From the NCBI GenBank assembly GCA_900542305.1, contig UQMU01000007.1, positions 7,579-71,578 on the forward strand: DNA of 64,000 bases, read 5' to 3'. The translations under genes and the position numbers were made by a program. This document shows positions 57,569 through 64,000 of this stretch, piece by piece (within the stretch, counting starts at the first letter, position 1; the number at the start of each line of letters is the position of its first letter). This DNA is from an uncultured Collinsella sp. Its GTDB lineage: Bacteria; Actinomycetota; Coriobacteriia; Coriobacteriales; Coriobacteriaceae. The notes under the pieces were generated by a model. That model worked only from the letters and a program-made list of their open reading frames with translations. It was not told the origin of the DNA and ran no database searches.

Positions 57569-57730
57569 GTTACGCGGTTTTACCAAACCGCGTAACGGCT
57601 CGACGCTGCAAACGCCCCTAAGCGGCAATCTGACGTTCAATCGTCGGGCATGACCAGAAGGTCGATGCCCTCCTCTTTCACGTCACCTTGCTCGCTCTGG
57701 GTCGTTTTCGCTGACGTATGCTCGACCTGC
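57569..57730 (-). repeat. Intact copy of the dispersed structured repeat targeted by the IS110
   Basis: Reverse complement aligns with 8069-8087 + 9657-9799. Confidence 0.88.
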
Positions 57731-57751
57731 AACGTAATTCAGCCCCAAGTA

Positions 57752-57793
57752 AAAAGGCCGAAGCCCTCATCCGGGGCTTCGGCCTTTATTTTT
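57752..57793. terminator. Bidirectional terminator
   Basis: AAAGGCCGAAGCCC...GGGCTTCGGCCTTT-ATTTTT. Confidence 0.75.
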
Positions 57794-57811
57794 GCAGCGT
57801 CCAAGCGCAGT

Positions 57812-58825
57812 TTATCGATTCTCAATTGACCCGATATTCTTGAGCTCGATGGAGATGAGGCCGTTGGGCTCATTGACGAACTCGATGTACTCGGAGTTCG
57901 AACCCATCTCGGCCGGGAAGCTGATCTCGATGCCCGTGTCGGTACGGATCTTGTGATTGCGCACGGCCGCGCGCTCAACTTGCTTGCGCTCCACGGGAAC
58001 GCGCTCAGGCACCTTCTCCTCAGTCAGTGCCGCGCGCACGCTCTCCTTGATAACTGGTTCGTCCTCAAAGACCTCATCGACGATATCCCAAGGCGGCAGC
58101 TCCTCGTCATCCTCGACTTTCTCGGCAACGGCAGCCTTAACCTTGGCGAGCGCCACGGCCGTGTTGGCACCGTGCTCCTCGGCGACTTCCTCGACCACAC
58201 GCGTCACGGTGTCGATGACCTCCTTGCCCGATACCCCCGTGTCGCACTGCAGCAGGCCATCGGGAATGAGCATGCGATCCTCGCCGGCAATCTTGCGCTT
58301 CTTATCCACATAGCCGATCTCCATGGTGCTTGCACGCACGATTGCATAGCTCGGCACCTTTTGCGAGGGATTCGGCAGAATGGCGTAGTGGCGCGCAATG
58401 TCGTTGCGCACCTCGCCCTCTTCGCGACCCACCTCGTGCATAAAAGCCTGCTTGGAGCCCAGCAGCATCACGGCAAACCAGCGGGCATCCTCATCGTCAT
58501 CAAAGTCCGCCACAAGCACGTCAGTGGACTCGGCTTTCTCGGCCTTGGTAAGTTCGGAAGAGATGAACTCCGCAATCTGCTGAGACAGATCCACGAACTC
58601 ACGCTCACCAAAGAAATAGCCCTTGAGCTCGCCGCCGAATGCGGAGTTCTCGGCAAACGTGGCACGCTTGTTATCAGCCGAGGTACGAGCGCGCCGCAGG
58701 TGCGTGGTTACGAAATTACGCACGGTGCGGCTCTCGATATCGAGCTCGCGCTGGCTCATAACGTTGACGGCAGAGTCAAAGTCCAGGATATGCAGAATCG
58801 CGTGATTGATTTTCATATACGGCAT
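57812..58825 (-). CDS. Nucleoid-associated protein (37-kDa/YejK-like family)
   Basis: INHAILHILD N-terminus; acidic; C-terminal TDTGIEISFP...IKNI-like motif. Confidence 0.7.
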   Translation of the reverse strand: MPYMKINHAILHILDFDSAVNVMSQRELDIESRTVRNFVTTHLRRARTSADNKRATFAENSAFGGELKGYFFGEREFVDLSQQIAEFISSELTKAEKAESTDVLVADFDDDEDARWFAVMLLGSKQAFMHEVGREEGEVRNDIARHYAILPNPSQKVPSYAIVRASTMEIGYVDKKRKIAGEDRMLIPDGLLQCDTGVSGKEVIDTVTRVVEEVAEEHGANTAVALAKVKAAVAEKVEDDEELPPWDIVDEVFEDEPVIKESVRAALTEEKVPERVPVERKQVERAAVRNHKIRTDTGIEISFPAEMGSNSEYIEFVNEPNGLISIELKNIGSIENR

Positions 58826-58890
58826 TCCGTTCTAGATCGATTTCGGCACGAACCAGTATAGCGGTCGATCCCGCCCCAGGCGCATCGAAG

Positions 58891-58925
58891 ATTGGTGCAT
58901 CGGGGACAGGTTGCTTTGCACCAAT
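58891..58925 (-). repeat. REP-like mini-hairpin (9-bp stem, loop containing AACCTGTCCCC on minus strand)
   Basis: Inverted near-copy of 60119-60150 (27/32 identical). Confidence 0.75.
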
Positions 58926-58927
58926 GG

Positions 58928-60088
58928 TTAGCGCAGGAGCTCGGACTGCCAAGCCTCGAGCTGTTCTGCCAAGCTCTTGCCGGCAGCGGGCATGTCGATC
59001 TGGGGACGTTTGGGCAGAAGCGCACACTTAAGAATCGCAACGATAGTCTGCGAGACAAAGCGTCGCGTATCCTTGTCAAAGCCTTGCGCAGCCTGGAGCA
59101 TCACGGGCAGGCTCTCGCGCAGATTCCCAGCGATATCCGCAAACCGCTCAGCACCCGTAGCCTCAAGCACGGAGAACAACGCATCTACAAAACGCTCGCG
59201 CTCGCTAGGCGACACCGCAAGCAGCATCTCGCGAATGGAGCCATCAACGTATCGAGCACCGGCGGACAGGCGCTCACAGTACACGAAGTCGCGACCATCA
59301 ACCACCCAGCTAAAGGGATTATGCTGAAGCAGGCTGAACTCGGTGCTCTCAACGATGGCATAGTCCTCCTGTGTCTCGAACATCATGCCAAAGATCGACG
59401 ACCGAGGTAGCGTCTTGTCGATTCGACCGGATAGATCGGCGAAGGCGTTGCCGCTCAGAAACTCCTCGACGAAGCCCGGACCATCATGGGAATACGCCCG
59501 TTCGATTCGCTCACGGGCGACATCGGGGCACATCGCCGCACCGTACACCGCAAGGTTTCCACCCTTGGAATGACCTCCGCACAAAAGCGGCCCGTCAATC
59601 GCATCCGCCGCCTCGTCTACATAACGCGCCGCGGATTCCTGGGCCGGCACAGGACACCGGAACGCCATGTTAAAGTCCTCTTTCCAGCCCACAATCGTGC
59701 TGTCGGTCCCCCGGAAGGCAAGATAGCTAAACCCCGCCGGAAATCGGAACGTCATGGCCGCAAACTGCTCCGTTGTCTCGGCATCACTCACGCTACGATA
59801 GCCGCAAACACGAACGCCACGGTAGCGAGGGCTTGCTGCCACAGCCTCCAACAGGGCACGGCTCCCCTCCGGATCCCACAGGTCGCCAATCATGTCTTGG
59901 TAGCACTCGGCGCGCAGCAGCTCGCGTACGTCTAGGCCCTGCCAGTTCGTCAGCTCCGCCATATCACCCGGCAAACGCAAATAGGACAACCACGCAAAGA
60001 CCAGGCTATCCACCGCGCAGAACGGCCGTTCCTCAAACGGATCAAACGCCGTCTGGGCATAGGTCAAAAAATTAGGCGAATCCGACAT
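58928..60088 (-). CDS. DUF2974/Mbeg1-like alpha/beta hydrolase (lipase-like)
   Basis: QFAAMTF, AFRGTD..IVGWKEDF, GHSKGGNLA, DGPGF motifs. Confidence 0.85.
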   Translation of the reverse strand: MSDSPNFLTYAQTAFDPFEERPFCAVDSLVFAWLSYLRLPGDMAELTNWQGLDVRELLRAECYQDMIGDLWDPEGSRALLEAVAASPRYRGVRVCGYRSVSDAETTEQFAAMTFRFPAGFSYLAFRGTDSTIVGWKEDFNMAFRCPVPAQESAARYVDEAADAIDGPLLCGGHSKGGNLAVYGAAMCPDVARERIERAYSHDGPGFVEEFLSGNAFADLSGRIDKTLPRSSIFGMMFETQEDYAIVESTEFSLLQHNPFSWVVDGRDFVYCERLSAGARYVDGSIREMLLAVSPSERERFVDALFSVLEATGAERFADIAGNLRESLPVMLQAAQGFDKDTRRFVSQTIVAILKCALLPKRPQIDMPAAGKSLAEQLEAWQSELLR

Positions 60089-60118
60089 GGCCCTCCCATC
60101 AACTATGGTGCATTGGGG

Positions 60119-60150
60119 TGGTGCAAAGTAACCTGACCCCCTCGCACCAA
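60119..60150 (+). repeat. REP-like mini-hairpin
   Basis: TGGTGC-AAAGTAACCTGACCCCCTC-GCACCA. Confidence 0.7.
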
Positions 60151-60215
60151 AAAGACGCCCGGACCGTGTGGCCCGGACGCCTTTCATTGTAGCCTGTTGC
60201 CCAAACGAGCCGAAT

Positions 60216-61166
60216 TTAGCAGGAGAAGTCGACGCTGTCGATGATGTCCTTGAGGGCCTTGGCGGAGGCGGTGAGCTCATGCTGCTCGTCATCGTTCAGC
60301 GGCACGGGGACGCGGCAGACGACGCCGTCGCGGCCAACGACCGTCGGCATGGAGATAGCCAGATCGGACAGGCCATACTCGCCCACCATGAGCGAGGAAA
60401 CGGGCAGAACGGTCTGCTCATCGCGCATGACAGCGGTGCAGATGCGCTTGACGGCCATGGCGACGCCGTAGTAGGTGGCGTGCTTCTTCTCGATGATGGT
60501 GTAGGCGGAGTTCTTGACGTCCTCGGCGATACGCTTCTCGGCAGCCTCGTGCTCCAGATGACCGTGAAGCTCGCAGAAGGTGTTCAGCGGAACGCCAGCA
60601 ACCTGAGCGCTGGACCAAGCGACAAACTCGGAGTCGCCGTGCTCGCCCATGACATAGGCCTGGACATCGCGCGGGTCAACCTCGACGTGGGCACCAAGCA
60701 TCTGCTGCAGACGGCCAGTGTCGAGCACGGTGCCGGAGCCGATGACATGGCCCTCGGGCAGGCCGGACATCTTGATGGCAGCATAGGTCAGAACATCAAC
60801 CGGGTTGGAGACGATTAGCAGAATGCCGTCGAAGCCGGACTTCTTAATCTCGGGGATAATGGACTTAAAGATGTTAACGTTCTTGTTGACCAGGTCCAGG
60901 CGGGTCTCACCGGGCTTCTGGGCAGCGCCAGCGGTGACGACGATCATGGCGGCGTCGGCGACATCGGAATAATCGCCGGCGTAGATCTTCATCGGCTCGG
61001 CAAACGTCATGCCGTGCGCGATATCCAGAGCCTCACCCTCGGCGCGGTTCTTGTCCACGTCGATGAGGACCATCTCGGAGAACAGACCGCTCTGCATCAG
61101 AGCGAACGCCGAAGACGAACCGACGAAGCCGCAGCCGACAATAGCGACCTTCTTCTCGTTAACCAT
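60216..61166 (-). CDS. ldh: L-lactate dehydrogenase
   Basis: VGCGFVG, QKPGETRLDL, SNPVD, GSGTVLDTGR, GEHGDSE motifs. Confidence 0.95.
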   Translation of the reverse strand: MVNEKKVAIVGCGFVGSSSAFALMQSGLFSEMVLIDVDKNRAEGEALDIAHGMTFAEPMKIYAGDYSDVADAAMIVVTAGAAQKPGETRLDLVNKNVNIFKSIIPEIKKSGFDGILLIVSNPVDVLTYAAIKMSGLPEGHVIGSGTVLDTGRLQQMLGAHVEVDPRDVQAYVMGEHGDSEFVAWSSAQVAGVPLNTFCELHGHLEHEAAEKRIAEDVKNSAYTIIEKKHATYYGVAMAVKRICTAVMRDEQTVLPVSSLMVGEYGLSDLAISMPTVVGRDGVVCRVPVPLNDDEQHELTASAKALKDIIDSVDFSC

Positions 61167-61367
61167 TAGAAACTCCCATCTCTCTCCACAAACAAGCCGC
61201 CCGGGAACGACCCGAGCGGCTTGCCGTAATCCCAATACATCCAATCGGGACTTTGATTATGCTCCTATTCGCAGCCAAAAATCGACCGTTTACCGAAATT
61301 GTTTGCAGAATTCGTAAAATAACTGCACGAAATCGGTTTCGAGCTATTGACGAGTCGAAATAGGTTT

Positions 61368-62531
61368 CTAATACAGGCCCGCCTCGCGAATGGCCTCGAC
61401 AGCCAAAGCGATCTGATCGGGCGGCAGGACCAGCGCCATGCGCACGTGCCCCTCGCCCGAAGGGCCAAAGCTCGCGCCCGGCGTCACCACAACGCCGGCC
61501 TTCTCCATGAGCTCCTCGCAAAACGCCATGGAATCGGTGCGACCACCGGGAAGCTTGGCCCACACAAACATAGAGCCATGCGCGTTGGGACGCTCCCAGC
61601 CCAGGCCCTCAAGACCGTCGCACAGGGCATCGCGGCGTTCCTGGTACTTCAGACGCTGCGCCTCGACCTCATCGCGCGGACCGTTCAGGCACGCGATGGC
61701 GGCCTTCTGAATCGGGAAGAACATACCAAAGTCGATCTGGCCGCGCAGCTTGGCAAAGGCAGAGACCACATCCTCGCGACCGACCAAAAAGCCGATGCGG
61801 GCACCGGTGACGTTAAACGACTTGGAGAGCGAGAAGAACTCAACGCCCACCTCGAGCGCGCCGGGATACTGCAAGAAGCTGCCGCCGGGCTCGCCGTCAA
61901 ACACGATGTCGGAGTACGCGTTATCATGGACGATCAACAGATCATGCTCGCGGGCAAAGGCGATAATCTCCTCGTAGACCTCGGGCGTGCCCACCGAGCC
62001 GACCGGGTTCGCGGGCAGCGACACGATCATGTACTTGGCACGATCGGCAACCTCGGGATCGATACCCGCCACATAGGGCAGGTAATTGTGCTCGGCAATC
62101 AGCGGATAGTATTCAAGCTTGGCATCGGCGATCTTGGCACCCGCCTCAAAGACCGGGTAGCACGGATCGGGAACCAAAATGGTGTCACCCGGATCGAGCA
62201 GGGCAAGGCCCAAATGGCCCACCCCCTCCTGCGTGCCGTTGCACGACTGCACCATAGACGGCGTAATGCCCGAAACGCCAAAGCGACACTCATAGTAATC
62301 GCACACGGCCTGCTTGAGTTCGGGCAGGTCGCGCAGGGCATACTTCCACATCTCGGGATCTTGGGCTGCCTGCGTGAGCGCCTCGACCACATGGTCGTAC
62401 GGCTTAAAGTCGGGCGTGCCCACGCTCATGTTGTAAATGGTCTTGCCCTGAGCCTTCAGCGCGAGAAGCTTGTTGTTGAGCGAGGCGAAGACCTCCGCGC
62501 CAAAGCGGTCGAGACGCTGCGATGCCTGCAT
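61368..62531 (-). CDS. Class I/II PLP aminotransferase (DAP-aminotransferase-like)
   Basis: PDPCYP, PANPVG, HDNAYSD, EFFSLSKSFN.TGARIG motifs. Confidence 0.8.
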   Translation of the reverse strand: MQASQRLDRFGAEVFASLNNKLLALKAQGKTIYNMSVGTPDFKPYDHVVEALTQAAQDPEMWKYALRDLPELKQAVCDYYECRFGVSGITPSMVQSCNGTQEGVGHLGLALLDPGDTILVPDPCYPVFEAGAKIADAKLEYYPLIAEHNYLPYVAGIDPEVADRAKYMIVSLPANPVGSVGTPEVYEEIIAFAREHDLLIVHDNAYSDIVFDGEPGGSFLQYPGALEVGVEFFSLSKSFNVTGARIGFLVGREDVVSAFAKLRGQIDFGMFFPIQKAAIACLNGPRDEVEAQRLKYQERRDALCDGLEGLGWERPNAHGSMFVWAKLPGGRTDSMAFCEELMEKAGVVVTPGASFGPSGEGHVRMALVLPPDQIALAVEAIREAGLY

Positions 62532-62649
62532 GGTGCCACCTTTCGATATAAAAAACGCGGCGCTCCGACAAGAGCGCCGCGCGATACGGGCCATCAGATT
62601 GCAAAAGTGTAACGCTTGCAACCCCCGTATTGGTTCAATTTAGCCAACC

Positions 62650-64000
62650 TTAGTCAACTGGATTGAGCGCGTCGATCTGCGCAAGCCACAGACGCGAGCT
62701 AGCGTCACTCGGCATACGCCAATCGCCGCGCGGGCTGAGCGTCACCGAACCCACCTTGGGACCATCGGGCAGGCAGCTGCGCTTAAACTGCTGGGCAAAG
62801 AAGCGACGGTAGGACGTACGTAGCCACGTGTGGACGGTCTTGGCGTCGTAGACGCCCTCGAAGCTCTTGAGCGCCATGCGGTAGATCTTGCCCGGCTCAA
62901 AGCCAAAACGCAGCAGGTAGTAGAGGAAGTAGTCGTGCAGCTCATACGGGCCCACCAAATCCTCGGTCTTCTGCGCAATCTCGCCGTCGCCCGTGGGCGG
63001 CAGAAGCTCGGGGGACACCGGCGTATCGAGGATGTCGAGCAGCGTCTCGGCAATACGCCCGCCAAACACATCGGCCGCATAGCGCACCAGATGGCGCACA
63101 AGCGTCTTAGGCACGCTCGCGTTGACGGCGTACATGCTCATGTGGTCGCCGTTATAGGTAGCCCAGCCGAGCGCCAGCTCCGACAGGTCGCCCGTGCCGA
63201 TGACAAAACCGCCAGCCTGGTTGGCCAGATCCATCAGAATCTGCGTACGCTCGCGCGCCTGGCTGTTCTCGTAGGTCACGTCCTGCACGGCCGGATCATG
63301 CTCGATATCCTTAAAGTGCTGTTCCACGGCAGCATGGATTGAGACCTCGCGGAAGCTCACACCCAAGTCACGAGCGAGCGACTCGGCATTGGACTTAGTG
63401 CGGTGCGTCGTGCCAAAGCCGGGCATGGAAACCGCCGTGATACCCGTGCGCGACAGCCCCAGTGCATCGAAGGCACGCACGGTCACAAGCAGCGCTAGCG
63501 TGGAGTCCAAGCCGCCCGAAAGGCCGATGACCGCAGCCTTGGTACCTGTGTGGGCGAGGCGGGTCTTGAGGCCCGCAGTCTGCAGACCGAGGATCGTCTC
63601 GCAGCGCTCGGCCAAGTCGCCGTGGTCGGCCGGCACAAAGGGCGCGCGCGGGAAAACGCGGTCGATATCGCAGGCATCGCGCAGGACAGGTTCTTCGGCC
63701 AGCACGCCCTCAAACGAAAACTCAACGGCCGTGGCCTCCGGCGCATCGTCGGTGCGCGTCCACGTCGTCGAGCGACGGCGCTCGGCAACCAGGCGGTCAA
63801 GGTCAACGTCGGCGATGGCCATATCGCAGGTAAGCAGTTTGGTCGCGGCGAGCTTGGAGCCGTTTTCGTAGACGAGGTTCTCGCCCGCAAAGACCATGTC
63901 GGTCGTGGACTCGCCCTCGCTCGCGTCCGCGTAGGCATAGGCGCAGTACAGGCGCGCGCTCTGGTTGGAGATTAGGCTGCGGCGGTAATCCGCCTTACCG
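62650..64000 (-). CDS. nadE: Glutamine-dependent NAD+ synthetase, 3' part (start outside window)
   Basis: [41 protein letters not shown] motifs. Confidence 0.93.
   Translation of the reverse strand, partial: GKADYRRSLISNQSARLYCAYAYADASEGESTTDMVFAGENLVYENGSKLAATKLLTCDMAIADVDLDRLVAERRRSTTWTRTDDAPEATAVEFSFEGVLAEEPVLRDACDIDRVFPRAPFVPADHGDLAERCETILGLQTAGLKTRLAHTGTKAAVIGLSGGLDSTLALLVTVRAFDALGLSRTGITAVSMPGFGTTHRTKSNAESLARDLGVSFREVSIHAAVEQHFKDIEHDPAVQDVTYENSQARERTQILMDLANQAGGFVIGTGDLSELALGWATYNGDHMSMYAVNASVPKTLVRHLVRYAADVFGGRIAETLLDILDTPVSPELLPPTGDGEIAQKTEDLVGPYELHDYFLYYLLRFGFEPGKIYRMALKSFEGVYDAKTVHTWLRTSYRRFFAQQFKRSCLPDGPKVGSVTLSPRGDWRMPSDASSRLWLAQIDALNPVD

Overview
GC-rich chromosomal window from a Coriobacteriia-type gut actinobacterium (gene content is Collinsella-like; this is inference). 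Most of it is housekeeping: start of the F0F1 atp operon, upp, glpK, tsaC, prmC, an arginine deiminase cluster with two identical arcA copies, ppk1, glf/GT2, pta with two ackA paralogs, xseAB, rnd, a Trp-attenuated ECF transporter, D-Asp racemase/ligase, a lysine-riboswitch dap operon headed by a LysA-DapA fusion, ldh and nadE. It also carries two RelE/HigB-type toxin-antitoxin pairs. The most notable item is an IS110-family element (~8088-9656) inserted into one copy of a dispersed, structure-conserved ~160-bp repeat; an intact copy lies at 57569-57730. The element's 3' non-coding region is strongly base-paired and contains short segments matching both the target site and the element's own ends, making it a candidate bridge/seek RNA. 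Several other families of intergenic hairpin elements with conserved loops and co-varying stems are present. No CRISPR array, rRNA or tRNA was recognised.
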